DNA from: Escherichia phage vB_VIPECOTPH05B
Strand: one strand, 5' to 3'
Sequence record: PQ429080.1
Length of the DNA: 44,015 bases
The position numbers and the translations under genes are program-made. How positions within the stretch are numbered: the first letter of the stretch is position 1; each line of letters opens with the position of its first letter. The notes under the pieces are model-generated. The model worked only from the letters and a program-made list of their open reading frames with translations, ran no database searches and was not told the origin of the DNA. Positions 1 through 10,865 of the stretch are shown here, in pieces.

Positions 1-1857
1 TTATCTTCTTCCTCTATGTTGTTTACCTCTGCCCCGGCTCTGCAGCCGAGCAGCTACACCCCGAAGGCCCTTAGACACTTTGCTCTGTGCCCAATCCAAC
101 GGGTTCTCAATGAAGGCCCGAGCCATCTTCTCAGACTCACGCTCAGCCACTACTTTCTCGTCTTCCACCAGGTGCCCGTTCAGCGTAGCCACCATCATGG
201 CGATTGCGTCTGCTCGGTCATCCTTAGCCAGGCTACCGCGGTCGTACGTGATACCAGCCAACTGTGTGAACGCAGAGTACAGCCAACGTCTATCGCGGGA
301 GTACGCCATACAGGTACTGATATCGTCGTGAACCGCACGCTCATGCACCACCAGGCGGTGACGGCGAGTAACTGGGCTGATTGTGTCGATTATACGACGC
401 TCTTTCTGCGTGGAGTTGTTCAGGTCCCTTACACCGATACCGGCGAGACGTCGCTCCCGTAACCGGTTCAGGATAAGCATAGACACGGTGCCGTGCCCCA
501 TGTTGCTCTCCACCACCATATCCGGGATGTCTAACTCTACGCACAGGTCAATCAGTTTATCAATGTTCTCTTCGCTGATACCTCCTTGGAAGCCGCCTAC
601 GGAGAATAGGTGGATGTACGAGTTCGCAGCACCACCAGCAGCGTAGGACACTTCGTCTCCGCCACAACCAGCCGGGTCCACCACCAGCACCTTATGCTGG
701 TACGGCAGGTGCATATCCCCGTAGAATGCTGGGAAGTACATCTGCTGACCCATAATCCCCTCATGCTCGTGCTGGTACAGGTACCGGCGGTCTGCAATGT
801 AAGAGAACGTCTCGGGAGAGGAATCCTGACTGCCTGAGTAAACCAGCATATCCGAAAGCTTGATGCGTGTACGCATCTGGTCGGACAGGGTGGTATCGAG
901 CATGTACTGTAGCTGGAAGCCCTCCGGACCGAAGTCCAGCTCCTTCTCAATCAGTGCATCCTCATCATAGCGCCCAGTGTCTGTGCTCTCGCCTAGCGTC
1001 CCGTCGACGCCGAAGCCGGTGCGTTTATAGCCGCGCTCAATAAGCTCCAGTATATAAGGAGCAAGTGTACTTCCATATCGCTCTTCCATTTCAACAGATG
1101 GAATGCGCCCAGGCCACACGCGGACCTCAAAGCCACGTCCCGGCAGGGTTTTATAGATGCTGTCCTTGGTCTGCGGTGTGCCAAGGTACAGTATGTCCCC
1201 ATGCGTACAGATAGCTGCGAAGTCCTTCGAAATCATCAGCAGCTGCTCACGCTGGGTTTGCGTTAAGCCGTTCTTGGTGGTCTCGATATCGTCTGGAATC
1301 AGCAGGTCCGCACGCTTCCCCTGCAGGGATGCAGTGATACCTACACAGGCCACGCTGGCGGACTTATCCAGTGGTTTCAGGTCGCAGTTGACATCATAAC
1401 CTTCGAATGAAGTACGGTCCCCACGAGTAGGGTCAGCCTTCAAGTAGCACAGCAGTGGCCAGGTTTCCAACATACGAATGATTAGGTTCGCTACATCGGA
1501 CGCCTGCTTCTCTGCACCAGACACAATCAGAATACGGCAGGATTGGTCCTGGATAAGCCTCCAGACGGCATAGAGTGCAGCCAGTGTAGACTTAGCTTCA
1601 CCACGCTGTGCGGCCACCATGCGCTTCCTAGGGCCCTTCTGCATGTACTCTGCAATGTCGGCCTGCATGTCCGTCAGCGTAAAACCCAGGAATCGCATAC
1701 CGATGTACGCGAATTCCCGGAAGTCACTTAACGCAGCGGCCATCATCATCGCGATGTCCTCGCGCTCCTCTTTGGGAATACTGCGCGGATTCGCACTATA
1801 ACCAGTAAGTTTCTGGTTGAGCATGCGCAGTCTTCGCGCAGTCTTCACCGATACCAT
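1..1857 (-). CDS. Terminase large subunit (T7 gp19-like packaging ATPase/nuclease)
   Basis: 618 aa; ATPase-like N-terminal half and nuclease-like C-terminal half typical of T7-group large terminases; last gene of the structural block; stop codon (TAA) occupies window positions 3..1. Confidence 0.88.
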   Translation of the reverse strand: MVSVKTARRLRMLNQKLTGYSANPRSIPKEEREDIAMMMAAALSDFREFAYIGMRFLGFTLTDMQADIAEYMQKGPRKRMVAAQRGEAKSTLAALYAVWRLIQDQSCRILIVSGAEKQASDVANLIIRMLETWPLLCYLKADPTRGDRTSFEGYDVNCDLKPLDKSASVACVGITASLQGKRADLLIPDDIETTKNGLTQTQREQLLMISKDFAAICTHGDILYLGTPQTKDSIYKTLPGRGFEVRVWPGRIPSVEMEERYGSTLAPYILELIERGYKRTGFGVDGTLGESTDTGRYDEDALIEKELDFGPEGFQLQYMLDTTLSDQMRTRIKLSDMLVYSGSQDSSPETFSYIADRRYLYQHEHEGIMGQQMYFPAFYGDMHLPYQHKVLVVDPAGCGGDEVSYAAGGAANSYIHLFSVGGFQGGISEENIDKLIDLCVELDIPDMVVESNMGHGTVSMLILNRLRERRLAGIGVRDLNNSTQKERRIIDTISPVTRRHRLVVHERAVHDDISTCMAYSRDRRWLYSAFTQLAGITYDRGSLAKDDRADAIAMMVATLNGHLVEDEKVVAERESEKMARAFIENPLDWAQSKVSKGLRGVAARLQSRGRGKQHRGRR

Positions 1858-2159
1858 TAGACAATTCCTTCTAGTAAGTCCTCAGAGTCTGAACCACCAA
1901 CTTTATTTAGAATCTCTTGCTTACGCGCCTCTCTGCGCGCCGCCAGTTCGTCATCGAACTCGTCACGAAGGTCCTGCATCTCCTCGGAATCTGCATCCGC
2001 GGTAATGTCATTGTCCTTCAAGAACTTAGCGATAACTGATTTATCTGCGGCGGGGAGCGGCACCTCATCTTCCTTAGACTGCTTGATTTCTTCAATCAAG
2101 GCCTCGGTGAACATGCGGTGCAGCTCCGAGAGGCGACTGCGTTTAGCCGCCCCTGCCAT
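1857..2159 (-). CDS. Terminase small subunit (gp18-like)
   Basis: 100 aa, charged and helical, immediately upstream of the large terminase; its TAA stop overlaps the large-terminase ATG (TAATG). Assigned by position and size. Confidence 0.55.
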   Translation of the reverse strand: MAGAAKRSRLSELHRMFTEALIEEIKQSKEDEVPLPAADKSVIAKFLKDNDITADADSEEMQDLRDEFDDELAARREARKQEILNKVGGSDSEDLLEGIV

Positions 2160-2183
2160 AATTATACCTCGTGGTTGATGCTA

Positions 2184-4430
2184 CTACATTTTAACTTTTA
2201 CAAACCCGTTAGCGTCCCTATACAGCCGCCCAGCAACTGTCGGTACTGTGTCGGTCAGTGATGGGAACGATACGTCATCGTCTGCACTAAACAATCCACT
2301 GGCGCTTATGTTTGCAAATTGCACATCACCAGCATTTATGGAGAATTCAGGCATTGTCAAGTTCGCTCCTAACCTGTTAGTGGAGTACTGGGGTGACATC
2401 ACGAACAGGTGCTCGTTTGTGGGAATGCTGCCTGTGATGATAGTACCCACCCCGCTAACCCCCGATACATTCAAGTCACCCTGTATATTGATGATGTTGC
2501 GCCCCGCGCTGCCAACATAGTTTATAAACTTACACCCGTATACGTAGGCATTAAACGAGCAGTTTTTTACCTGAGAAGAGGCGTCAGTACCCAATTGCAG
2601 CGCGTGCACAGCCGTAGCTGGCGTACTGTTCATTGGCGCCCCAACAAATCCGTGGAACATGTTAGCATCGCTAGCCATAATAACAGCTGCGCCCGCTTGC
2701 CAGTTCGAATACACTCGGGTATTTATTACGGAGTTTCTAGCACCCTCAAAATACACCTGAGCGCTTGCTGCGCCCTCAAAATGGCAGTTGCTAATAAAGG
2801 TGTCGTAGCCTGCCACGTACAGCCCGTAGCGCATACGGTTACTGTATAGAGGTGTCACGTTGGCATCCCCGAAAGCCCACACATGCATCTGAGAGCCGCG
2901 AGTACCCCCACCACCACCATAACGGATACCATCATAGGTGTTGTGTGCTAGCAAACCTGCGCTACGCACCATCAAATGGTCTGATTGGTTGTCGGAAGAA
3001 CCACCAATAACTATACCATGTTGCCCAACCATATCTACTCGGATATCCGAGTACTTGCTTGGAGCCATGTATTTTATACTGGTATTACCCCTGCCCCCCA
3101 GGTTTACCCCCACGCCTCTGCAGTACCCAGCACGGATGCCTTTTAGATTTGTACCCGCCCCGTAAATCCGGAGGCACTCAGTATGCGACCGAGTATTTTC
3201 AGCGGTCCCATCCCAACCTCCCTCAATTATAAGGTCCTCTATGTAGATGGAATTCACCATAGCCGAGGGCACGTTTACCGTAAGATAATCTCCGGCTGGC
3301 GCGTTGCGCGACTTAACTATAGCATCATCCCAACTGCTTAAAGCCAAAACCCTAGAGATGCCTTCCACCCCAACAACTTTTACGCTGTCAGGTAAAATCC
3401 AGGGGCCGGACGTGGCGTAGGTTTTGGGCCCCAGATAGATTGGGAGGGACAGGCTCGCAGCGTATTCCGCAGCCGAGTTTAGGGCTGCAATGTCATCTGT
3501 GACCCCATCCCCGACGGCCCCAAACTGTTCCGGAGTTATAAACCACAGTACCAGCTTAGGTATAATTGAACCCGCTTTATAGTCTAGCGCGGACTGTACT
3601 GTGCCGCCCTGCGAAGTTCCAATGTAACCGGCACCAGACGAGCTGCTCAGCATGGCGAGTATATTGGCTAACGCAGACGTATCTGCCTCTGTGTCTATGC
3701 CAATAGTACAATCCACCAAGGTGCCCGCCGGTAGTACTGAGGTGAATTTAATAGACCCATCAATGACATCGTAAGAGTACCCAGCTGTCTGGGTTACACC
3801 ATTTACGCGAACCTTAGCCTTAGTGAAAGGCATGCCGGGAGTTACGGTATCCGTAGCAGTTGTCAGTACAGTCCACCAAGGGAAGCTGTTAGTGTTTGCA
3901 TTGAAGTGAGTCTGCTCCAGATTCACTATACGCGTATCCAGTTCAGCGTCAGCAGCCTCACGAGCAGCTGCCTCAGCATCTACTCGCACATCCAGCCGGG
4001 CATCCCCGGCATCGACGTATTGCTTGTTCGCAGCGTCCTGTGCATCTACTGGGTCGCCCAGGTTCGTGATGCGGTAACGATGCATATTAATGTCGCCATA
4101 GAAGCCTTCGATATAGCGGCCCTCAACCAGCTCTTGAGCCAGGTGCAGGAGCTGCATATTCTGGGTATCTACGTTTACTTCGATGAACGGAGCACCACTA
4201 GCAAATTCAATGTAGAGGTACTCTCGTTCAGTCTTACGAATGAGCAGTACCTCCGTCTCTGCAGATAGCGCCGAATTCAGTCGAATATTGGTGGAGCTGG
4301 TCCAAGTAAAGGCGGTGGTCTCGACGCCATCCAAATAAACGTGAATATAGGACTTATCCAGGTACTCAATATCGCACTGGATATCCTGAGTACCTGCAGG
4401 CTTTACCGACTCTTGCCAGCTGAATGCCAT
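2184..4430 (-). CDS. Tail fiber / tailspike protein (T7 gp17-like N-terminal adaptor plus beta-helix-like C-terminal domain)
   Basis: 748 aa; N-terminal about 150 aa resembles the conserved gp17 tail-attachment domain; the remainder is Gly/Asn/Ser/Thr-rich in a way typical of right-handed beta-helix receptor-binding or depolymerase domains. Confidence 0.75.
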   Translation of the reverse strand: MAFSWQESVKPAGTQDIQCDIEYLDKSYIHVYLDGVETTAFTWTSSTNIRLNSALSAETEVLLIRKTEREYLYIEFASGAPFIEVNVDTQNMQLLHLAQELVEGRYIEGFYGDINMHRYRITNLGDPVDAQDAANKQYVDAGDARLDVRVDAEAAAREAADAELDTRIVNLEQTHFNANTNSFPWWTVLTTATDTVTPGMPFTKAKVRVNGVTQTAGYSYDVIDGSIKFTSVLPAGTLVDCTIGIDTEADTSALANILAMLSSSSGAGYIGTSQGGTVQSALDYKAGSIIPKLVLWFITPEQFGAVGDGVTDDIAALNSAAEYAASLSLPIYLGPKTYATSGPWILPDSVKVVGVEGISRVLALSSWDDAIVKSRNAPAGDYLTVNVPSAMVNSIYIEDLIIEGGWDGTAENTRSHTECLRIYGAGTNLKGIRAGYCRGVGVNLGGRGNTSIKYMAPSKYSDIRVDMVGQHGIVIGGSSDNQSDHLMVRSAGLLAHNTYDGIRYGGGGGTRGSQMHVWAFGDANVTPLYSNRMRYGLYVAGYDTFISNCHFEGAASAQVYFEGARNSVINTRVYSNWQAGAAVIMASDANMFHGFVGAPMNSTPATAVHALQLGTDASSQVKNCSFNAYVYGCKFINYVGSAGRNIINIQGDLNVSGVSGVGTIITGSIPTNEHLFVMSPQYSTNRLGANLTMPEFSINAGDVQFANISASGLFSADDDVSFPSLTDTVPTVAGRLYRDANGFVKVKM

Positions 4431-4431
4431 A

Positions 4432-7400
4432 TTAATCGTCTCCGAAGTTATTGATGATAGCTCGCGTAGGTGCGAATTCCTGTATTAGCGGCACCTGCTT
4501 AGTGAAGGTCTTTATATCCATATTACCGGTAGCCAGGTCCTGTACGGCCCCGAGCAACCCTGTGACGTAACCCATAGATGCCAACGAGTGACGAGGGGAA
4601 TCTCCCAGGAAGATATCCTGCAGTAAGGATACCCCGCCGATGGCACTCATACCCATTACGGACTCGCTGATGAGTTTCTGAGTGTCTACGTCCTTACCAT
4701 CCATGCCATGCTTAGCCATAGTAGCCAGCAGCATTAACGGGAACTGGTACGCCATAATATGGGCTACGCCAATCCACCCAGCGTCGTTCAGCTCTCTGCG
4801 CAGAATCTTGTTAGTGGCTGCCAGTGCGAAGCTCTGGTACCCTACAATGACTTTGCCGATAGGATTGAACTGTGCAAAGTGCGAGGTCTCTCCAGTACGA
4901 ATCTGCTGTACCAGGTAGTCCATCATACGCGTCCCCACAACCTCAACTTGCATCTGCAGGTCCGGCTGGAACATAGCGCCCGGGTTAGCCTTGTTGGCAG
5001 CGATAGCGCGGTCAGCAACATCGCGAGTAAGCCCGAAACGCTCCAGACGCTTAAACGCCTCAGCATCGCCCTTGAACATCTGAGTAAGCTCGTCCGCCAC
5101 AATACCGGAGTTCAGGTTCACCTGTAGCCGGTGCACCATGCTCATACCGTTGACGTGACGGGCAGCCTGCCCAACGTTCTGGGTGACGTTGAACCAGGAG
5201 GCCTGACGGGTCAGGTCCAGGTTATCGTCAGCGTACGTATTCAGCCAGCGGAAGCGCATCTCCTTCTGAATATTACCCCGCAGCACGGTATCTAGACGAG
5301 CAGCCATATCCGGGGTCTTGATAGCCACGGCACCTTCCTTGAACCAAGGCTGGTCACGCATACTGCGCAGCACTCTAGCCATACCGAACTCCTTCATAGC
5401 CAAAGCAGTATCGGTCAGCTGATACAGGCCGGAGTTCTTAAGCATAGTGGCGTTTGCCATATTCCCAGCTGCACGCAGCAAGTCCGGAAGCTGCCCAGCG
5501 TCAGCAGGTGCCCCACCCAGGATAAAGTCGATGGTGTCATTGACGGTCTTCTCCCACTTGGCGGAATCCGCTAGTACGTGCTTAGACTCATCAATCATCT
5601 TGGCGAGCTGTCCCAGGTCCTGTACGCCTGCATAGGCCATACCTACACGTCCAGACATACGGTTAGTGTACCCGTGCATAACCTTGGCTACGTCAGTATC
5701 CATCAGGTCCTGCATGCGCATGCTCTTACCGTTCACCAGATACTCTTTATCCATGTTGAACCGAGTACGCTGGCGCAAGTTCCGCGCAGGGGATGTGCTG
5801 CCGGATTCGCGTACGTTACCAGCCAGGAAGCTCTGGATTGCAGACTCTTCTACACCGGCGCTGCGCATAGCCATAACGACCTCGTCGTTACCCATGCCGT
5901 TAATCAGCTGCTTCCACATAGGGCCAGCCTGCCCAGCACGGCCATTGTAGATGCCGTCAACCATCTCCTTAGCAACACGCTGCACTACCTCTGACTCCAT
6001 GCTCGGGTACACATCCCGCAGGGCGGACCGGAACAGGGCGCGGTAGTCATCCAGGGTATTGCCTTGTGCGATACCTTGGCGCATCTTGTCGTAGCTGTAC
6101 TGGCGCGGGAAGTAGTAGTCGGATTTAACCAACGCACCATCATCCACTAAACCGGCATTGAGCATATGCTCGTGCCACTTGCTAGCCCAGCCAGAGCGGC
6201 GATAGGCGTCAACCAGTGGAGCAATCTCTGCGTCCGGCACCGGCACAGCGCGGCCGTTTACGTCAGCGCTGTAGGCAGCATCCAGGTACTTGCTCAGGCG
6301 GTCTTCCAGCGCAGCCCGCTCAGCGCGGAAATTACTACGATGGAAGAAGCGTGAGAGTACACCTACACCCTTATCCTTCAACGCGCCCAGGATAGCATCT
6401 TCCACTACGCTGGCGCGAGCATCCATCTCCAAAGTTAGGTTACGCTTGTAGTCTACCACTGACGGGCGACGGCCGCCTACTGCGGACGCATCCGACACTA
6501 GCAGTTTAGCCAAGTCTTCGTTGCCTTGGGCGATATTATCGTACAGGGCAAACATAGTGGAGAGCTTCTTCTTAGCGCCGTCCAGCATAGCTTGGGCGCG
6601 CTTAGCCTCATTGAGGGTGGTGCTGCCCGCCAGGTCCTGGAAGGCTTCGCTACGGAAGCTCTGGGCTTGGTCTGCATAATCCTTAGCTGTCCACTTAACT
6701 GCGTCCTCATACGCATCCAGGACATCTTCCAAGGCAGAGCCTTTTGCCTTGATGCCCAGAGCGTTCATGATGTACTCACCCAGTTGGCGGAGCATACTCT
6801 TACCGGTGGGAGACTGCGTACGTGCCAGGTGCTCAACCCACTCAGGGCTGTCGCCTAAGCCTGCCAGCATCTCATGCACATTACTTGCGTAATACCGCAT
6901 ACGCGGTGTCAGGGTGGAGTCAGCCGCAATAACAGCGCGCACTTCCTCCAGGCGTTTAGCAATCTCGGGATTACTGTCAATGGCGCGCGCAGTAGCAGCA
7001 TGAATCAGTTCGTGCACGGCCACCTTGCTTGTATCTGCATCCATAGCGCGCAGCGCATCGCCGACTGTAGTCCAGGTGCTGCCGTTAGCTTGCTTAGGCG
7101 CACGCAGGGATATCTCTCCCCGCTTAGCTAAATCTTGTTGTGCGTAAGTGTAGCGGCTACGGTTTGCGGAGCCTGCTACCAGTTTAAAATCAATGTCATT
7201 TACAGCATCGCCCAGCGTGTACAGAATAGCCTTCTGTCCTGCTGTCAAGTGCTCAGACTTCTTCAAGAACTGAACTACGTGCTGTGCTTTCATGTTCACG
7301 GAGGCGGTATTGTTTCTCGATACTTGGATGCTTTCATCCAGTGTCTTAGTGAGAATTTCCTCTCCCTCTCCTACTCCGGTAACATTAGCATCCCTCGCTG

Positions 7401-8130
7401 TACGAGTTGTAGGCGCTTCTGGGTCGAACATGGGCTCACGCCCAGTACGAGCCTTAGCGGCAGCTTTAGCAGCCCTAGACATATCCCAGAGCTGGTCTAA
7501 CCCAGCTACGCCCGCTATCAGTGCAGTTACCGCGGCGGACTGGCCCAGTTGGTCCTGTGCATAGAACGCAGTGCCTACATCAGCAGCGCGGATAGCGGTA
7601 CGTGCAGCTAAGCCCGCGCGGCCAGCAATACCGGCGGCAGACATCGGGGCCAGGATGAACGGGGAGTCGCCTACCAACATACCCGCGAACCCGGCTACTG
7701 TGTTGTCGGCCATTAAGCGGTCACGGTCACGTTGCTCAAGCATCTGCTGCATGCGGTAGTTGTAATCTTCCACAGACACGGAGTCGTGCAGGTACTCAAT
7801 CTCTTCCTGATTCGGAGCATACAGCTTAGCCCGAGTATCGCTACTCAGGGTCTGCTTAGCATTAAAGTTCGGGTCTCGGTCAAATGCCGGAGCAGAGGCC
7901 TTGCGGATAGCTGCGGCGATTATGCTGTTGCCCATACCTGACGCAAAGCTCTCTGCGGCTGTAGTAGCCGGAGTCTTGGCTTGCGCTAGTAATGAGGCAC
8001 GCTCCAGTGCGTTCAGGCCGTTGTCCCCGGCATCGTTCCAATCTACGCGCTCAGGCGCAGGTTTAAGTGTTGCGCCCTTAGCAGAATCCTTTTCCTGTGG
8101 ATTCGGTTCTTGGTTCAGAAACTGAGCCAT
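4432..8130 (-). CDS. Internal virion (core) protein, largest (T7 gp16 / phiKMV gp37-like)
   Basis: 1232 aa, Ala-rich and predicted helical; third of three consecutive large genes between tail tube B and tail fiber. No transglycosylase motif recognised by eye. Confidence 0.7.
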   Translation of the reverse strand: MAQFLNQEPNPQEKDSAKGATLKPAPERVDWNDAGDNGLNALERASLLAQAKTPATTAAESFASGMGNSIIAAAIRKASAPAFDRDPNFNAKQTLSSDTRAKLYAPNQEEIEYLHDSVSVEDYNYRMQQMLEQRDRDRLMADNTVAGFAGMLVGDSPFILAPMSAAGIAGRAGLAARTAIRAADVGTAFYAQDQLGQSAAVTALIAGVAGLDQLWDMSRAAKAAAKARTGREPMFDPEAPTTRTARDANVTGVGEGEEILTKTLDESIQVSRNNTASVNMKAQHVVQFLKKSEHLTAGQKAILYTLGDAVNDIDFKLVAGSANRSRYTYAQQDLAKRGEISLRAPKQANGSTWTTVGDALRAMDADTSKVAVHELIHAATARAIDSNPEIAKRLEEVRAVIAADSTLTPRMRYYASNVHEMLAGLGDSPEWVEHLARTQSPTGKSMLRQLGEYIMNALGIKAKGSALEDVLDAYEDAVKWTAKDYADQAQSFRSEAFQDLAGSTTLNEAKRAQAMLDGAKKKLSTMFALYDNIAQGNEDLAKLLVSDASAVGGRRPSVVDYKRNLTLEMDARASVVEDAILGALKDKGVGVLSRFFHRSNFRAERAALEDRLSKYLDAAYSADVNGRAVPVPDAEIAPLVDAYRRSGWASKWHEHMLNAGLVDDGALVKSDYYFPRQYSYDKMRQGIAQGNTLDDYRALFRSALRDVYPSMESEVVQRVAKEMVDGIYNGRAGQAGPMWKQLINGMGNDEVVMAMRSAGVEESAIQSFLAGNVRESGSTSPARNLRQRTRFNMDKEYLVNGKSMRMQDLMDTDVAKVMHGYTNRMSGRVGMAYAGVQDLGQLAKMIDESKHVLADSAKWEKTVNDTIDFILGGAPADAGQLPDLLRAAGNMANATMLKNSGLYQLTDTALAMKEFGMARVLRSMRDQPWFKEGAVAIKTPDMAARLDTVLRGNIQKEMRFRWLNTYADDNLDLTRQASWFNVTQNVGQAARHVNGMSMVHRLQVNLNSGIVADELTQMFKGDAEAFKRLERFGLTRDVADRAIAANKANPGAMFQPDLQMQVEVVGTRMMDYLVQQIRTGETSHFAQFNPIGKVIVGYQSFALAATNKILRRELNDAGWIGVAHIMAYQFPLMLLATMAKHGMDGKDVDTQKLISESVMGMSAIGGVSLLQDIFLGDSPRHSLASMGYVTGLLGAVQDLATGNMDIKTFTKQVPLIQEFAPTRAIINNFGDD
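7369..7388 (-). promoter_or_regulatory. Conserved element TTACCGGAGTAGGA, copy 3 (inside the largest internal virion protein gene)
   Basis: 14-nt exact match to the core of the other two copies, same orientation, followed by GAGGGAGAGG. Confidence 0.25.
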
Positions 8131-8180
8131 AATATCTCCTAAAAGAATTTTGATAAGGGGAGGCCCCGAAGGGCCTCTGG

Positions 8181-10865
8181 TTAGTGCGTTGCTTCAAAGA
8201 GCCAATCGCGTAGGTTTTGTTCCAGGTACTTCTTACGCTCAGGTTGGGCCTGCTTGTACGCCGGGGTATTCCGCAGCGCTTGCCAAGCCCTACCCTGGGC
8301 CTCAGATACAGGGTACTGATACGCCCCCACCGGGGACTTAGCAGCCTTGCGTACCTGTGCCATCGCCTCTGCTACAGGGCCAGAGCTACCATTACCACCG
8401 TGATAGTTCAGGTCCACCATTACCTTTAACGCCTCGTCGGAGGCATTCAAACCCTGCCCCTTGAGTTGCTTCTGCACGTTCGGGATGTACTGCTTCTCCA
8501 GGGAGGACTTGAGGATACTGATGCCGTCATCAATGGTCACTTTCTGTGGGACTGGCATGCCAGAGTTAACGTGCAGACCGAAGCCTACACTGCCCTTGCC
8601 CTTACCTTCTCGGAACCCTTCGAACTTCATAGTGGTGGCGAGAATGTCACTAAACAGTGATGGTTCCAGCCCTACCGAGTTACGGCCGTTGACCTGTACG
8701 CTGACAGCGCGCCCGTTGTCGTGGTCGTAGAAGGTGGCGGGACGTACACCTACTTGCTCGCTTCCAATCTTCATCTCCCCAGCCAGTGCTGAGTCATACG
8801 CAGCCTGAGCAGTAGCCTGAACGTCACGAAGATTCACAGACATATCCTGGAATTTGCCCTTCTTGTCAATGACGATTACGGACATGTTCTGGCCCGCGTT
8901 ACCGGCCGTGGCCGCCTGTATCACCACTCGCTCTATGTTGCTGGGGTCAGACAGGTACTGAACTTGATTCTGGATATGCTGCTGCAGCGATGCTGTAAAC
9001 TGCTCCACATCACCTTTGTAGTCCCCCATAAGGGACTGCAGGGAAGTGCCTGGTGGCAGGTACACATGCCTAGGCGCACCAGCAACCTCCAGCTCCAATT
9101 TACGGGATTGGATGTTGCCTTTGAGCATCTTATTAATATCGTCAGCATCCTTACCAGCGAAGGACTCTGGGTTATGGGTTTTAAGGTAGCGGAACTCCTC
9201 CACCATCGCCGCCCGTGCCTCTTGTCGCTGAGCATCAGCATCCCCGAAGAAGCTAAACCAGTTAGCGGTACCGCTTGGGTCCACCATCTTATCTGTCGGA
9301 GTTTCTGGGATATCAGTATAGCGCCCACTGGCCTTGTTACGCGCCTGGCGGCGCAGGTCGTCCAAGATGGTGTTGCTGGCGTTACTGGGGTTCTGGGCAA
9401 TAGCCGACTGCACCACTCCACGCCACTCAGACGGGACCTCGGATAGCAGCGCCATCTTGCCCAAGTCCGTACTAGTGCTATACGCCTGTGCCCACAAGTT
9501 GATGCTGTTGACGTTCTCCCGGGAAACCTCACCGTCCTCGCCGAGCTGGTCCAGCGTAGTAAGCGTACGTGCCATATCCGAAGACATACGCTTGTGCGCT
9601 TCGTTGACTGCCCACGCATCCTTGCTGTTGCTCCCGTATGACAGCAGCTGCAGGTTCCCTTCCGGGGTATCCGGAAAGCTCTTGAGCAGCCGAGTACGTG
9701 CCTTATCTAAGTCTCCCTTGAACATCCCCGCCAGAGTGGAGCTTGGCATATTCCCAGTAATTGCTGTGCGCAATGCTTGGGCGTCTGCTGCCTTCTCTCG
9801 AATGGTCTGGGCTTTGTTCCAGAACTCCATGCTGGTCCCGGCGCTAAGTACATCAGATGCCGACAGCTCAATGACACGACTACGAATACGCGCCATGGTC
9901 TGTTCTTGCTGCTCAGGAGTCTGCCCCTCAAGAGACTGTATTGCATCAGAGATTTCGAAACGGGCTTGGGTCTCAATCTGAGCACCAGCTCGCTTGAACT
10001 CCTGATACAGCGCTGCGTTGACATCCACGGAGTTGACGCCGAGTTCCTTGGTGGCCATTTCCTGCAGCTGGTTGATTACCAGCGGGTCCTGTGTCTGCTG
10101 CGCTACGCTGACCAGATACTGCTTGGCCCGGTCCAGCTTCTTGCTCTTATCCAGGTGCTCAGCAGCCAGGATACTGTCTAAGCCCGTCTTAATGGACATC
10201 TGCGCAGCGGCACCCTGTCCTGCCTGCAGACGCTGATAGAACTCATCGCTGGACGCACTCAGTCCACGGTCGAGGGCACGGTCAGCCTGGGCCAGGGCGA
10301 ACGCAGCACGTCCTTTCTGGAAGGCTGTGTAGTTCGCCATGCTGGTGGCACGGAGCTGCTGCAGTATATTCGTAGCAGACTGCTTGGACATATCCGGGAG
10401 ATACATACCGAGCTTGTCTGACATTGCCTGGACGTGCTCTTGCTCCTGCTGCTGAAATTCCTCGTCAGTCAGGCCAGACTCAGCAGCTTTTTTAGCTCGT
10501 GCGATACTGCTTGTGCGCCACTTGGCTAGCGAGTCATACGCAGCAGCAGATACGTAGCCGTCCTGGTAGGCTTCGCGCACGAAGATGTTTTGCTTCTGTA
10601 CAGCCTCGTCCTTGGAGGCCATTGCATCCACTGCACCCTGAGCATCCATAGCGCCGCGCACGGTGGCCGCCGCTGCATTTTCTTTTACTGCCTCGTCAAA
10701 GCCCACGCCGAAGTCCTGCACAAACCCAGACAGGGCAGCTAGGCGTTTTGCTTTGGAGGTATCAACAGACACTTCACTCACCGTTGACGGCAAGCTAACA
10801 TCGTTGGACTGCAATTGTACGCCGCCGATATTTAGCCCCTGTCTATTGGGTTGAATCACAGGCAT
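8181..10865 (-). CDS. Internal virion protein (gp15 / phiKMV gp36-like), possible C-terminal lysozyme-like domain
   Basis: 894 aa; syntenic with T7 gp15; C-terminal about 150 aa (FEGFREGKGKGSVGFGLH ... VTIDDGISILKSSLEKQY ... ALKVMVDLNYHGG) loosely resembles a T4-lysozyme-type fold. Domain call is tentative. Confidence 0.65.
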   Translation of the reverse strand: MPVIQPNRQGLNIGGVQLQSNDVSLPSTVSEVSVDTSKAKRLAALSGFVQDFGVGFDEAVKENAAAATVRGAMDAQGAVDAMASKDEAVQKQNIFVREAYQDGYVSAAAYDSLAKWRTSSIARAKKAAESGLTDEEFQQQEQEHVQAMSDKLGMYLPDMSKQSATNILQQLRATSMANYTAFQKGRAAFALAQADRALDRGLSASSDEFYQRLQAGQGAAAQMSIKTGLDSILAAEHLDKSKKLDRAKQYLVSVAQQTQDPLVINQLQEMATKELGVNSVDVNAALYQEFKRAGAQIETQARFEISDAIQSLEGQTPEQQEQTMARIRSRVIELSASDVLSAGTSMEFWNKAQTIREKAADAQALRTAITGNMPSSTLAGMFKGDLDKARTRLLKSFPDTPEGNLQLLSYGSNSKDAWAVNEAHKRMSSDMARTLTTLDQLGEDGEVSRENVNSINLWAQAYSTSTDLGKMALLSEVPSEWRGVVQSAIAQNPSNASNTILDDLRRQARNKASGRYTDIPETPTDKMVDPSGTANWFSFFGDADAQRQEARAAMVEEFRYLKTHNPESFAGKDADDINKMLKGNIQSRKLELEVAGAPRHVYLPPGTSLQSLMGDYKGDVEQFTASLQQHIQNQVQYLSDPSNIERVVIQAATAGNAGQNMSVIVIDKKGKFQDMSVNLRDVQATAQAAYDSALAGEMKIGSEQVGVRPATFYDHDNGRAVSVQVNGRNSVGLEPSLFSDILATTMKFEGFREGKGKGSVGFGLHVNSGMPVPQKVTIDDGISILKSSLEKQYIPNVQKQLKGQGLNASDEALKVMVDLNYHGGNGSSGPVAEAMAQVRKAAKSPVGAYQYPVSEAQGRAWQALRNTPAYKQAQPERKKYLEQNLRDWLFEATH

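Noticed and set aside
4432-8130. Lytic transglycosylase domain in the largest internal virion protein (as in T7 gp16)
   Set aside because: No transglycosylase-like catalytic motif found by eye in the N-terminal region; left as internal virion protein only.
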